Part shown: positions 1 through 10,089 of the stretch, one piece after another
Position numbering within the stretch: position 1 is the stretch's first letter
Layout: every line of letters begins with the position of its first letter
Assembly (NCBI GenBank): GCA_949372825.1
Contig: CASIBD010000001.1
Span: 22,249 to 86,248, forward strand
DNA length: 64,000 nucleotides
Reading direction: 5' to 3'
Source of the DNA: an uncultured Flavobacteriaceae bacterium
GTDB taxonomy: Bacteria > Bacteroidota > Bacteroidia > Flavobacteriales > Flavobacteriaceae
Notes under the pieces: model-generated
Told to the model about the DNA's origin: nothing
Seen by the model: the letters and a program-made list of their open reading frames with translations, nothing else
Databases searched by the model: none
Made by a program: the position numbers and the translations under genes

Positions 1-1
1 T

Positions 2-1678
2 TTCGAACATCTAGGAAGTGATAATGAGGAAAAGGAGTGGGCTAATTATAGAATTGATGAAGGTAAAGGAATTATGATGTGGGGGAAAATGACGTCGTTG
101 TTTAATCAACTTTCAATGGGTTTTTCTGATAATTCTGATATTTCCAGGGCAGATCATAAATCAAGAGGATTTAATGATAAAAGACTAGTTGCTTATGCTG
201 AAAGTCATGATGAAGAGCGAATAATGTATAAAAATTTAAATTTTGGAAATTCTTCTAATTCTAACCATGATGTAAAGAATTTGGAAATAGCTCTTGAAAG
301 AATGAAAGCTTTAGGTTCTTCTCTTTTATTGATTCCAGGCCCAAAAATGATATGGCACTTTTCAGAAATGGGTATGGAAAACTCAATTTTTACATGCGAG
401 GACGGATCATATGGAGGTGAAGACTGTAAGCTATCAACAAAGCCTCAGCCTCAATGGAGTGATGATTGGACTTTTTTAAATAAACGAAAAGAGATTTACG
501 AATACTGGAGTAAAATAATTGAACTTAAAATTAATGAACCAGTTTTTGAAGGTGAATATGAACTAAAAGTGTTTAATCAAAATAAACTTCTGCCAACTAT
601 AGGTATTTGGAATGATAATTTATCGGGTGATACTTTGAAATACGTTTATGTCATTTCAAATTTTGATGTAACTAAAAAATCATTAATACTTAATTTACCA
701 ATAAGTGGAGAATGGAAAGATCTTGTCAATAATGAGTTTATTGATTTTTCTCAAAATTCATCAATTGAACTTGAGCCCGGAACTTCACTCGTTTTAGGAA
801 ATTATCTTGATTGTGGTTCCGTTGACTCAGATGGAGATGGAGTTGGAGACGCTTGTGATGATGATGTTGATGGTGATGGAATTTTAAATGCAGACGATAA
901 TTGTCCTGAAACTCCTGAGGATATCACTGTTGATGTTAACGGCTGTGCCGTTTTCACTTTACCTTTAGACAATAACAAAGTTTCGGTTACTAGCGCGAGT
1001 TGTATTGGTACTACTGACGGATCGATTGGACTTAGTATTGAGGATGCTAGTTATGCTTATTCAGTTACTGTTACAGGCCAAGACGATCCAATTACTTTAG
1101 GCGGCGAGACTAAGACGGCTTCAGTGACAGGTCTTGGAACTGGTACTTACACGGTTTGTTTTAAAGTAGACGGACAAGACACTTACGAGCAGTGCTTTGA
1201 AGTTAACATAGGCGAGCCTAAAGCGTTAAGCGTGTTTATCGATGTGGATAACGACAACAGAACTACTAGCATACAATTAAGCGGTTCTTCTAGTTACAAC
1301 GTAGAAGTAAACGGACAGCGTTACAACGTTAAAGGAGATAGGTTTACAACTAATCTTCCTTCGGGACTTAGTATTATTAAGATAAGCACAGACTTAGACT
1401 GTCAAGGTGTAATAGAAAGAGAGATCTTTATCTCAGAAGACATATTGTATTACCCTAATCCAACACCAGGAGATGTTAACGTGTATGTTAATGGAGAAGA
1501 CAGTAAAGTAACAATGAGCGTGTTTAGTTCAAAAGGAGATCTAATCTTTACAAAAGAACAAGAGATACAAACGACAAGAAAAACAGATTTAGACCTGGGT
1601 GGTGTTCCAGCAGGTACTTACTTAGTACTCTTGGAAGGACCAACAGTTAGAAAAACATTTAAAATAGTAAAACGATGA
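2..1678 (+). CDS. GH13 alpha-amylase-family glycoside hydrolase, C-terminal part (5' end off-window), fused to TSP3-like repeats, a SprB-like repeat and a T9SS type-A C-terminal sorting domain
   Basis: The frame is open from the window edge, with no stop before the ATG at 74. AYAESHDEERI and the following beta-sandwich-like region resemble GH13 conserved region and C-domain. DSDGDGVGDACDDDVDGDGILNADDNCPETPE is a thrombospondin type-3-like Asp-rich Ca-binding repeat. TSASCIGTTDGSIG is a SprB-repeat-like motif. The last ~80 aa (YYPNPT...TFKIVKR) fit the Por/T9SS tail pattern. Confidence 0.8.
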   Translation, partial: FEHLGSDNEEKEWANYRIDEGKGIMMWGKMTSLFNQLSMGFSDNSDISRADHKSRGFNDKRLVAYAESHDEERIMYKNLNFGNSSNSNHDVKNLEIALERMKALGSSLLLIPGPKMIWHFSEMGMENSIFTCEDGSYGGEDCKLSTKPQPQWSDDWTFLNKRKEIYEYWSKIIELKINEPVFEGEYELKVFNQNKLLPTIGIWNDNLSGDTLKYVYVISNFDVTKKSLILNLPISGEWKDLVNNEFIDFSQNSSIELEPGTSLVLGNYLDCGSVDSDGDGVGDACDDDVDGDGILNADDNCPETPEDITVDVNGCAVFTLPLDNNKVSVTSASCIGTTDGSIGLSIEDASYAYSVTVTGQDDPITLGGETKTASVTGLGTGTYTVCFKVDGQDTYEQCFEVNIGEPKALSVFIDVDNDNRTTSIQLSGSSSYNVEVNGQRYNVKGDRFTTNLPSGLSIIKISTDLDCQGVIEREIFISEDILYYPNPTPGDVNVYVNGEDSKVTMSVFSSKGDLIFTKEQEIQTTRKTDLDLGGVPAGTYLVLLEGPTVRKTFKIVKR

Positions 1679-1705
1679 GAAATGTAATGTTAAAACATTT
1701 ACATA
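1003..1705 (+). repeat. Dispersed duplicate, partner of 28915..29620
   Basis: Same comparison as for 28915..29620. This copy is in-frame and forms the C-terminus of the GH13 protein. Confidence 0.9.
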
Positions 1706-1734
1706 TATTAACGCTTTTAAATTTCGAAATATAA
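1675..1734 (+). pseudogene. 19-codon vestige of the 5' end of an FN3-lipoprotein gene (paralog of 29594..30337)
   Basis: Its ATG overlaps the GH13 stop as ATGA, exactly as at 23764 and 29594. It reads MRNVMLKHLHILTLLNFEI*, versus MRNQILKHFSFLFTLILISC at 29594. Nucleotide similarity to the 29594 region fades after about 30 nt. Confidence 0.4.
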
Positions 1735-1738
1735 TTTT

Positions 1739-3391
1739 ATGGAAACAGTTTTTGAAACCCTAGATTGGGTTGTTTTAGGAATTTACTTTTTTTTACTTAT
1801 TGGTGTAGCTGCTTGGGTGGTGATTCAAAAAAATAAAAACACTGAGGATTATTTTCTTGCTGGAAGAAATGTTGGATGGTTTGTAATTGGAGCTTCCATT
1901 TTTGCTTCAAACATTGGATCTGAGCATGTTGTTGGTCTTGCTGGTACTGGATTCGAATCAGGAACTCCAATGGCTCATTATGAATTGCATGCATGGATAG
2001 TATTACTATTAGGATGGTTGTTTCTTCCCTTTTATATTCGAAGTGGTGCGTACACAATGCCAGAGTTTTTAGAAAAAAGATTTGACAGTAGATCTAGGTG
2101 GTTTTTGTCTATATTTTCTTTATTAGCTTATGTAATAACTAAAGTATCAGTTACTATATATGCAGGCGGAATAGTAGTTTCTGAATTATTAGGAATTCCT
2201 TTTTGGTACGGAGCAATAGGAATTGTAATTTTTACAGGAATATATACAGTTATTGGCGGTATGAAAGCAGTTATTTATACAGAAACTCTTCAAACAATTG
2301 TGTTAATTTTAGGGTCAGTTATAATTACTTATTTGGGTTTACAAGAAGTAGGTGGTTGGGGACAATTAAGAGAAACAGTTACCGCTGTAAGTCCTGATCA
2401 TTTTAATATGTGGAGACCAATGACAGATCCAGATTTCCCATGGACAGGTCTACTTATTGGCGGAACTATTGTTGGAATTTGGTATTGGTGTACTGATCAA
2501 TATATTGTTCAAAGAACTTTGGCTGCAAACAATATTAAAATTGGTAGAAGAGGAGCAATTTTTGGTGCTTATTTAAAGTTACTTCCAATTCTGATTTTTT
2601 TAATACCTGGAATAATTGCTTTTGCTTTGACAATCCAAGATCCAGAGACATATGTTGTAACAAAAGCAGATAGAGCTTTCCCTATGCTTGTAAACACACT
2701 CTTGCCAGTTGGTTTAAAAGGACTTGTTGCAGGAGGTTTAATGGCTGCTTTAATGAGTTCATTAGCTTCTGTCTTTAACTCTTGTTCAACAATATTCACT
2801 TTAGATATTTATAAAAAAATTAGACCGGAAAAATCTGAGGCTGAATTAATTAATGTTGGTAAAATTGCTACAACAGTAATTGTAGTTTTAGGTATACTAT
2901 GGATACCAATAATGGAAAAAATTGGAGGAGGAGTGATGTATCAATATTTACAAAATGTTCAATCCTATATTGCACCACCTGTAACAGCAGTATTTTTATT
3001 AGGAGTTACATGGAAAAGAGTTAATTCCGATGCAGCGATTACAACTTTATTTATGGGTTTATTTTTATTGATATTGAGATTAGGATCAGAAATTTATTAT
3101 CAATCAGAAATTTCCTCAGGCGAGGTTGTTTCAGGTTTCTTGTTTGCATTTGCAACTATAAATTTTGCACACATGGCTATTATTTTATTTATTTTTTCTG
3201 TTGTGTTATGTATTTCAGTCAGTTTAATAACTGCTGAGCCAGATTATGTAAAAACTAGAGGTTTATCTTTTGGAAACTTAGACTTAAATTCAAAAGAATT
3301 TAAAGAAAAAACATATTCAACAGTTGACATTGTATTATCTGTTATTTTAGTGCTTATGGTTATAGGAATTTTAATGTACTTTACAGCTTAA
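1739..3391 (+). CDS. Sodium:solute symporter (SSS/SGLT family), probable Na+/xylose or glucose transporter
   Basis: 550 aa, highly hydrophobic multi-TM protein with SSS-type motifs (GRNVGWFVIGASIFASNIGSEH). Lies immediately upstream of xylB-xylA. Confidence 0.9.
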   Translation: METVFETLDWVVLGIYFFLLIGVAAWVVIQKNKNTEDYFLAGRNVGWFVIGASIFASNIGSEHVVGLAGTGFESGTPMAHYELHAWIVLLLGWLFLPFYIRSGAYTMPEFLEKRFDSRSRWFLSIFSLLAYVITKVSVTIYAGGIVVSELLGIPFWYGAIGIVIFTGIYTVIGGMKAVIYTETLQTIVLILGSVIITYLGLQEVGGWGQLRETVTAVSPDHFNMWRPMTDPDFPWTGLLIGGTIVGIWYWCTDQYIVQRTLAANNIKIGRRGAIFGAYLKLLPILIFLIPGIIAFALTIQDPETYVVTKADRAFPMLVNTLLPVGLKGLVAGGLMAALMSSLASVFNSCSTIFTLDIYKKIRPEKSEAELINVGKIATTVIVVLGILWIPIMEKIGGGVMYQYLQNVQSYIAPPVTAVFLLGVTWKRVNSDAAITTLFMGLFLLILRLGSEIYYQSEISSGEVVSGFLFAFATINFAHMAIILFIFSVVLCISVSLITAEPDYVKTRGLSFGNLDLNSKEFKEKTYSTVDIVLSVILVLMVIGILMYFTA

Positions 3392-3395
3392 ATAA

Positions 3396-4871
3396 ATGTA
3401 TAATTTAGGCTTAGATATTGGTACTTCTTTTATCAAAGCAGCCTTAACAGAATGCTCTTCTGGAAACAAAGTGAATGTAGTTTCAGAACCTTTAAATGAA
3501 CAAGAAATAATTGTTTGTAAAGATGGCTGGGCTGAACAGAATCCAGAGATTTGGTGGAAAAACACCTGCATAGCTATCAAAAATCTTATTTCATTAAATA
3601 ATATTAATCCTTCATTGATTTCTGGTATTGGAATCTCATACCAAATGCATGGTTTAGTCTTATTGGATTCTAAAGGTAATTCGCTAAGAAATAGTATTAT
3701 ATGGTGTGATGATAGAGCTGTGGCTATAGGTAAACAAGCATTTACAGAATTAGGTCAAATTAAGTGTATTAATCAATTGTTAAATTCTCCTGCTAATTTT
3801 ACAGCATCAAAATTAAAATGGGTTAAAAACAATGAAAATGAACTATACAACAAGATCTATAAGTTTATGCTCCCAGGAGATTATATAGCTTATAGACTTT
3901 CTGGAAAAATGACAACCACTAAAACGGGTTTGTCTGAAGGAATGTTATGGGACTATAAAAATAATTCAGTTGCTGATTTTTTATTAAAATATTATGAAAT
4001 CGATAGCTCTTTAATCCCGAAAATTGTCCCAACATTTGGATTTCAATGCAAATTAAACAAGAAAGGATCTTCTGAGTGTGGTCTTTTAGAGGATATTCCT
4101 ATTTATTATCGAGCAGGTGATCAACCAAATAATGCACTTTCTTTAAACGTATTAAACCCTGGTGAAATTGCTGCCACAGCTGGAACATCAGGTGTTGTTT
4201 TTGCAGTGACAGATAACGTAAAAACAAATGAAAGTGAAAGGATAAATAATTTTCTTCATGTAAATATTAATAATTCAATTTCATTAGGAAAATTATTATG
4301 TATAAATGGGGCAGGAATTCAATATGCCAAATTAAAAAATGAGTTAAATATTAATTCATATGATGAAATGAATAAACTTTCCTCAGTTGTAGAGGTTGGT
4401 TCAAAACAATTAACTTATTTACCATTTGGAAATGGTTCAGAAAGAATGCTTAATAATATAAACGTAGGTTCCAAGATGTTAAATTTTGATATTAATATTC
4501 ATAAGAAAGAACACGTTATTCGTGCAACACTTGAAGGTATAGCTTTTGCCTTTGTTTATGGAATGCAAATATTAATTAACGATGGTGTTAAACCAAAAGT
4601 AATTAGAGCTGGAAATGATAATTTATTTAAATCAAAGGTTTTTGGAGAAACAATATCAACACTAATAAATACTGATATAGAAATTTATGAAACAACTGGT
4701 GCATTTGGAGCCGCTAGAGCTGTAGATCTTCGTAATAGAGATTTTAATAAATTTGAAAATAATATTATCGAGAACGATTTTTTAAGAACATTTAGTCCTC
4801 AGCCAAATTTAAACGATTATAAAAATGCTTATAATTTATGGGTTGAGAAATTAGAATTAACTTTAAAATAA
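3396..4871 (+). CDS. xylB: Xylulokinase (FGGY carbohydrate kinase family)
   Basis: N-terminal LGLDIGTSFIKAAL FGGY motif, 491 aa, directly precedes xylose isomerase. Confidence 0.85.
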   Translation: MYNLGLDIGTSFIKAALTECSSGNKVNVVSEPLNEQEIIVCKDGWAEQNPEIWWKNTCIAIKNLISLNNINPSLISGIGISYQMHGLVLLDSKGNSLRNSIIWCDDRAVAIGKQAFTELGQIKCINQLLNSPANFTASKLKWVKNNENELYNKIYKFMLPGDYIAYRLSGKMTTTKTGLSEGMLWDYKNNSVADFLLKYYEIDSSLIPKIVPTFGFQCKLNKKGSSECGLLEDIPIYYRAGDQPNNALSLNVLNPGEIAATAGTSGVVFAVTDNVKTNESERINNFLHVNINNSISLGKLLCINGAGIQYAKLKNELNINSYDEMNKLSSVVEVGSKQLTYLPFGNGSERMLNNINVGSKMLNFDINIHKKEHVIRATLEGIAFAFVYGMQILINDGVKPKVIRAGNDNLFKSKVFGETISTLINTDIEIYETTGAFGAARAVDLRNRDFNKFENNIIENDFLRTFSPQPNLNDYKNAYNLWVEKLELTLK

Positions 4872-4881
4872 AACAACAACA

Positions 4882-6207
4882 ATGGCACTTATAGGAGATA
4901 CAGAATATTACAAAGGTATTGGAGAGGTAAAGTACGAGGGAAAAGATTCAAAAAACCCTTTTGCATTTAAATATTATGATCCTAATAAAATTGTAGCAGG
5001 CAAAACATTAAAAGATCATTTTAGATTTGCTATTGCTTACTGGCATTCTTTCTGTGGGCAAGGAACTGATCCTTTCGGTTTAGGAACTCAAATTTTTTTA
5101 TGGGATAAATCTCAAGATCCCTTCCAGGCTGCTAAAGATAAAGCTGATGCCGCATTTGAGTTTATTACTAAAATGGGATTTGATTATTTTTGTTTTCATG
5201 ATTTTGATCTAATTCAAGAGGGGGATAGCTTTAAGGAATCTGAAAAGAGACTTTTGTTTATAACTGATTATATTAAACAAAAACAAAAAGAATCAGGAGT
5301 CAAGGTGCTTTGGGGAACTGCAAATTGTTTCTCTAATCCTCAATATATGAATGGAGCAGCTACTAACCCAGAGTTTGATGTTTTAGCTAGAGCTGGAGGA
5401 CAAGTTAAGTTAGCATTAGATACTACAATAGCATTAAATGGGGAAAATTATGTTTTTTGGGGTGGAAGAGAAGGGTATATGAGTTTACTAAATACTGATA
5501 TGAAAAGAGAGTTAGATCATTTAGGGAAATTCTTGTCAATTTCAAGAGATTATGCAAGGTCTCAGGGTTTTAAAGGTAATTTTTTTATTGAACCAAAACC
5601 AATGGAGCCAACTAAACATCAATACGATTTTGATACTGCAACTGCTATTGGATTTTTAAAAGAATATGGTTTAGAAAATGATTTTAAAATAAATATTGAA
5701 GTAAATCATGCAACATTGGCTCAGCACACATTTCAACATGAACTTACCGTTGCAGCAAAATCTAATATGTTGGGTAGTATAGACGCAAATCGTGGCGACT
5801 ATCAAAATGGATGGGATACTGATCAATTTCCAAATAATTTATACGAAACAACTGAAGCTATGCTTGTGTTTTTGCAATCTGGTGGTCTTCAAGGTGGTGG
5901 AGTTAATTTTGACGCAAAAATCAGAAGAAATTCAACTGATTTAGATGATATTTTTCACGCACATATTGGAGGAGCAGATAATTTTGCGAGAGCACTAATA
6001 ACAGCTGACAATATTTTAACCTCTTCTAATTATAAGGAGCTTTTTAATTTAAGGTATGAAAGTTTTAACTCTGGAAAAGGAAAGGAGTTTGAACAAGGTA
6101 AATTAAATCTTAATGATTTATATAAATTAGCTTTAAGTTCAGGTAAATTAAAATTAAAGAGCGGAAAACAAGAGTTGTTCGAAAATATTATTAATCAATT
6201 TATTTAA
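4882..6207 (+). CDS. xylA: Xylose isomerase
   Basis: 441 aa with class II XylA hallmarks (FCFHDFD, VFWGGREGY, FIEPKPMEPTKHQYDFD, NHATLAQHTFQHEL). Confidence 0.95.
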   Translation: MALIGDTEYYKGIGEVKYEGKDSKNPFAFKYYDPNKIVAGKTLKDHFRFAIAYWHSFCGQGTDPFGLGTQIFLWDKSQDPFQAAKDKADAAFEFITKMGFDYFCFHDFDLIQEGDSFKESEKRLLFITDYIKQKQKESGVKVLWGTANCFSNPQYMNGAATNPEFDVLARAGGQVKLALDTTIALNGENYVFWGGREGYMSLLNTDMKRELDHLGKFLSISRDYARSQGFKGNFFIEPKPMEPTKHQYDFDTATAIGFLKEYGLENDFKINIEVNHATLAQHTFQHELTVAAKSNMLGSIDANRGDYQNGWDTDQFPNNLYETTEAMLVFLQSGGLQGGGVNFDAKIRRNSTDLDDIFHAHIGGADNFARALITADNILTSSNYKELFNLRYESFNSGKGKEFEQGKLNLNDLYKLALSSGKLKLKSGKQELFENIINQFI

Positions 6208-6219
6208 TAAATAAAATAT

Positions 6220-7497
6220 ATGAAAAAGTTAGCATTACACTGGCAAATTATTATCGGAATGGTTTTGGGTGTTTTAATTGGATTGATTTTTCTCAATTTT
6301 GAATGGGGAAAAAATTTTGTTATTAACTGGATTAAACCTTTTGGAACTATTTTTATTAATTCGTTAAAGTTAATTGCTGTTCCTTTAATCTTAGCTTCTC
6401 TTATTAAAGGGATTTCAGATTTAAAAGATTTGTCAAAACTTTCCTCCATGGGTGGTATAACCATAGTAACTTATATTTTTACAACCATGATGGCGGTCTC
6501 TATTGGTTTAGTTGCTGTTAATATTATTGAGCCTGGAAACTTTATTTCTGAAGAAACAAGAGAACAACTTGTGAATGCATATTCTTTAAATGCTAATGAA
6601 AAAATTGAGGCGGCTAATAACCAAAAAAGTTTAGGGCCTTTACAACCAATAGTTGATATGGTCCCTTCAAATTTTTTTAGTGCTGCATCTAATAATAGAA
6701 ATATGCTTCAAGTGATATTCTTTGCTATTATTTTTGGTATTTCTATGATATTGATCCCTGAAAAAAAATCAAATCCAATTAAAAGTTTTTTTGATTCCTT
6801 GAATGATGTAATTCTTAAAATTATAGATTTAATAATGTTATGTGCACCATATGGTGTTTTTGCACTTTTAGCTGCAATAATTGTAGAATCTCCGAGCATG
6901 GATTTATTTAAAGCATTAGGTTTTTATACCTTAACTGTACTCTTTGGATTGTTACTTTTAATTTGTATTTATTTAATTGTAGTTAAAGTTGTTATAGGGA
7001 AGAGTCCTTCATATTTTTTAAAAGGTATATCTCCTGCTCAACTACTTGCTTTTTCGACTAGTTCTAGTGCAGCAACTTTACCAGTTACTATGGAAAGAGT
7101 TCAAGATCATCTTGGAGTTGATGAGGAGGTTAGTAGTTTTGTTTTACCAATTGGTGCAACGATAAATATGGATGGTAGTGCATTATATCAAGCCGTTGCT
7201 GCAGTATTTATTGCTCAAGCATTTGGATTAGATTTAAGTTTAGCAGCTCAGCTGGGGATTATTTCCACTGCAACTCTAGCTTCAATTGGTTCCGCTGCGG
7301 TTCCTGGGGCAGGAATGGTGATGCTTATTATAGTTCTATCTCAGGCTGGTATTCCAGAAATTGGATTAGCGTTAATATTCGCTGTCGATAGACCTTTAGA
7401 TATGTGTAGAACAGTAGTTAATGTAACTGGGGATGCAACAGTTTCTATGTTAGTTTCTAAGTTTGTAGGGAAATCTAAAAAAATAGTTAAAAAATAG
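6220..7497 (+). CDS. Dicarboxylate/amino acid:cation symporter (DAACS/SLC1 family)
   Basis: 425 aa polytopic membrane protein with DAACS-type motifs (SSSAATLPVTM, GATINMDGSALYQ, DRPLDMCRTVVNVTGD). Confidence 0.9.
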   Translation: MKKLALHWQIIIGMVLGVLIGLIFLNFEWGKNFVINWIKPFGTIFINSLKLIAVPLILASLIKGISDLKDLSKLSSMGGITIVTYIFTTMMAVSIGLVAVNIIEPGNFISEETREQLVNAYSLNANEKIEAANNQKSLGPLQPIVDMVPSNFFSAASNNRNMLQVIFFAIIFGISMILIPEKKSNPIKSFFDSLNDVILKIIDLIMLCAPYGVFALLAAIIVESPSMDLFKALGFYTLTVLFGLLLLICIYLIVVKVVIGKSPSYFLKGISPAQLLAFSTSSSAATLPVTMERVQDHLGVDEEVSSFVLPIGATINMDGSALYQAVAAVFIAQAFGLDLSLAAQLGIISTATLASIGSAAVPGAGMVMLIIVLSQAGIPEIGLALIFAVDRPLDMCRTVVNVTGDATVSMLVSKFVGKSKKIVKK

Positions 7498-7555
7498 TAA
7501 GAATTATATTTGTAGAAAACATAAGAACTTTAACTTTGTTTAAAATTAATTAAAA

Positions 7556-7843
7556 ATGAACAAAAAAGAGTTGATAGATGATTTTCTTAAGGATTTTAAG
7601 CCTAAACAAGATCAAAGTTGGAAAAGTTGTTATTTCTTTACTCACTATTTAAAAAAGAATCACAAAATTAAGGCCGAACTTTTAGAGGGAATGTCAAGAA
7701 TTAATAAGATTGATTATTGGACTGTCCGCTTAAATGGAGAAGATATTGATATTCATGCCAAGGCTGTTAATACAGAACCTGACTTTATTGACAAGCCAGA
7801 TATGATTTGGAGTCTTAAACAGTTTGAAAAAGATAATTTTTAA
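7556..7843 (+). CDS. Hypothetical protein
   Basis: 95-aa ORF in an otherwise empty interval. No recognisable motif. Confidence 0.45.
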   Translation: MNKKELIDDFLKDFKPKQDQSWKSCYFFTHYLKKNHKIKAELLEGMSRINKIDYWTVRLNGEDIDIHAKAVNTEPDFIDKPDMIWSLKQFEKDNF

Positions 7844-8070
7844 GCAGGTCCTCTTAAATGTATAATTAGTCCATTTAAAAAATTACGTAAAATTTGATCA
7901 CCACATTCCATATATTTTGGGTGATTAACGTTTCTAAATAGTGCCCCAAGCTCTGATTTAGAGACTTTAAAATCTACTAGTTTACATATTTCAACAATTT
8001 GCTCATCTCTTAGTTTGTGAGCTACTCTAAGTTTTTTTAATATATCATTATTGGTTAATCCCATATTCAA
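7840..8070 (-). CDS. DUF1456 (YehS-like) family protein
   Basis: 76 aa. The NDILKKLRVAHKLRDEQIVEI... pattern matches my recollection of the DUF1456 repeat. Confidence 0.65.
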   Translation of the reverse strand: MNMGLTNNDILKKLRVAHKLRDEQIVEICKLVDFKVSKSELGALFRNVNHPKYMECGDQILRNFLNGLIIHLRGPA

Positions 8071-8083
8071 ATATAATACTACT

Positions 8084-9946
8084 TTAATTTTCTGACAATT
8101 CGAACCATTTTATGGTTTTTAGTTCTAATTCTTCTTCAAGATTCTTTAATTTGAAAGAGTATTCTTTGATTTGATCGACAGAAAGACTTTCATTAATAAA
8201 ACGATTTTGAATTTCTTTTTTTTTATTTTCAATTTTTTTTATTTCAATCTCAATTTTCTTAAATTCTTTTTTTTGATTAAAGTTTGTTTTTTTTTGGTTT
8301 GAGTTATTTCTCAAATCTTTAGATTGTTTATTTTCAGATTTTAATGAATTAGTTGTTTCTTTTATTTTAGAATCTTCATAAGTTCTGTAATCAGAATAGT
8401 TTCCAGGAAAATCTTCAATATTTCCTGAGCCTTTAAATACAAACAAATGATCTACTATTTTATCCATAAAGTACCTGTCATGAGATACAACTATTAAACA
8501 TCCAGGAAAATCTAATAAAAAACTCTCGAGTACGTTAAGTGTTATTATGTCTAAATCATTAGTTGGTTCATCAAGAATTAAAAAATTCGGATTTTGTATC
8601 AATATAGTACATAAATAAAGACGTTTTCTTTCGCCTCCACTCAACTTATCAACGAAGTCGTATTGTTTTTTTCGATCAAATAAAAATCTTTCTAATAATT
8701 GTTGAGCGGATATCTTATGTCCTTTTTTTAATGGAATGTAATCTCCATATTCTCTAATTATATCAATTACTTTTTGTCCACTTTTATAAGAAATGCCTTT
8801 TTGAGTATAATATCCAAACTTCAATGTTTCACCCCAAATAATTTTACCCGAATCGGGCTTATCATTTGAGGTTAATAAATTTAAAAAAGTAGATTTTCCA
8901 GTTCCGTTTTTACCAATTATTCCAATACGATCGTTTCTTTGAAATACATAATCAAAGTGATCTAAAATGATCTTATCTCCAAATGATTTACTAACCTTAT
9001 GCATTTCAATCATTTTACTTCCAAGACGTTCCATGTTTATTTCTAATTGCACTATATGATCATCTCTTCGTTGGCTTGCTTTTTCCTTTATAACTTTAAA
9101 ATCTTCTATTCTAGACTTTGATTTTGTTGTTCTAGCTTTAGGCTGTCTTCTCATCCATTCCAATTCTTTTTTAAAATGTAATTTAGTTTTATGAGCTTCA
9201 ATACTTTCTTGAGCGATTCTAGCATCTCTTTTTTCTAAATAATATGAGTAATTACCTTTATAACTATAAAGTTTCCCTTGATCAAGTTCTATAATTTCAT
9301 TACATACACGTTCTAAGAAATATCTATCATGAGTAACCATTAACAAGGTTATTTTTTCTTTTGAAAAATGATTCTCTAACCATTCAATCATTTCTAAATC
9401 TATATGATTTGTAGGTTCATCTAAAATTAATAATTCTGGTTGTTTCAATAAAGCATTACAAAGCGCTATTCTTTTTCTTTGACCTCCAGACAAACTTTTG
9501 ACTTTAGCCTTTAAATCATTAAGTTTTAGTTTGAATAAAATTTTCTTATACTGAGTTTCAAAATCCCAAGCCTGTGACTGATCCATAGCTTCAAACGCCT
9601 TTTGATATGCTTCTTGGTTTTCTGGATTTTTTAAAGCTTGGTCATATTCAGCTATTATACTTAATATAGGATTGTCAGCTTGTAAAATGCTTTCTTCAAC
9701 TGTAAGTTCAGGATTTAATTTAGGTTCTTGTGCTAAATAGGAAACTCTAATACCTTTTCTAAAAACAACTTTTCCTTTATCTGGTGTATCCTCTCCATAG
9801 ATTATGTTTAGAATAGATGATTTTCCACATCCGTTTTTAGCAATTAATGCAATTTTTTGTCCTTGGTTTACTCCGAATGAAATAGAATCGAAAACAACTT
9901 TTTCTCCGTATGATTTTGAAATTCCTTCAACTGAGAGTAAATTCAT
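8084..9946 (-). CDS. ABC-F family ATPase (two ABC domains, Lys-rich coiled-coil tail)
   Basis: Two Walker A sites (AKNGCGKSS, GKNGTGKST), two LSGG signatures (LSGGQRKR, LSGGERKR), no TM segments, 620 aa. Confidence 0.9.
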   Translation of the reverse strand: MNLLSVEGISKSYGEKVVFDSISFGVNQGQKIALIAKNGCGKSSILNIIYGEDTPDKGKVVFRKGIRVSYLAQEPKLNPELTVEESILQADNPILSIIAEYDQALKNPENQEAYQKAFEAMDQSQAWDFETQYKKILFKLKLNDLKAKVKSLSGGQRKRIALCNALLKQPELLILDEPTNHIDLEMIEWLENHFSKEKITLLMVTHDRYFLERVCNEIIELDQGKLYSYKGNYSYYLEKRDARIAQESIEAHKTKLHFKKELEWMRRQPKARTTKSKSRIEDFKVIKEKASQRRDDHIVQLEINMERLGSKMIEMHKVSKSFGDKIILDHFDYVFQRNDRIGIIGKNGTGKSTFLNLLTSNDKPDSGKIIWGETLKFGYYTQKGISYKSGQKVIDIIREYGDYIPLKKGHKISAQQLLERFLFDRKKQYDFVDKLSGGERKRLYLCTILIQNPNFLILDEPTNDLDIITLNVLESFLLDFPGCLIVVSHDRYFMDKIVDHLFVFKGSGNIEDFPGNYSDYRTYEDSKIKETTNSLKSENKQSKDLRNNSNQKKTNFNQKKEFKKIEIEIKKIENKKKEIQNRFINESLSVDQIKEYSFKLKNLEEELELKTIKWFELSEN

Positions 9947-10089
9947 TAATATTTTATCATTTATTGAATCTCAAAAATACACATTCAAACACGAGAATGT
10001 AATAAATATTTAAGTTTATATTAAATATTTATTATCTCTTATATTTCATAATTTTAAACTTGAAATTTTTATATGTAAAAGAAAGAAAT

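Noticed and set aside
1797-3580. Short ORFs overlapping the symporter gene (1797..2057 minus, 2203..2397 plus, 2569..2799 minus, 3371..3580 minus)
   Set aside because: They are embedded in or antisense to a well-supported SSS transporter/xylB reading frame and have low-complexity, motif-free sequences.
7840-7843. Convergent genes 7556..7843 (+) and 7840..8070 (-) share a 4-nt TTAA stop/stop overlap
   Set aside because: This is a tidy curiosity with no room for a terminator. Such overlaps are common in compact genomes, and the plus-strand ORF itself is only weakly supported.
8200-8330. Long T/A homopolymers (up to ~9-10 nt) in the 3' part of the ABC-F gene and just upstream of the LacI gene (~19068)
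   Set aside because: In the ABC-F gene they encode an in-frame Lys-rich tail (KKK...), and the gene is intact. I saw no evidence of switching, so this is noted only as slippage-prone sequence.
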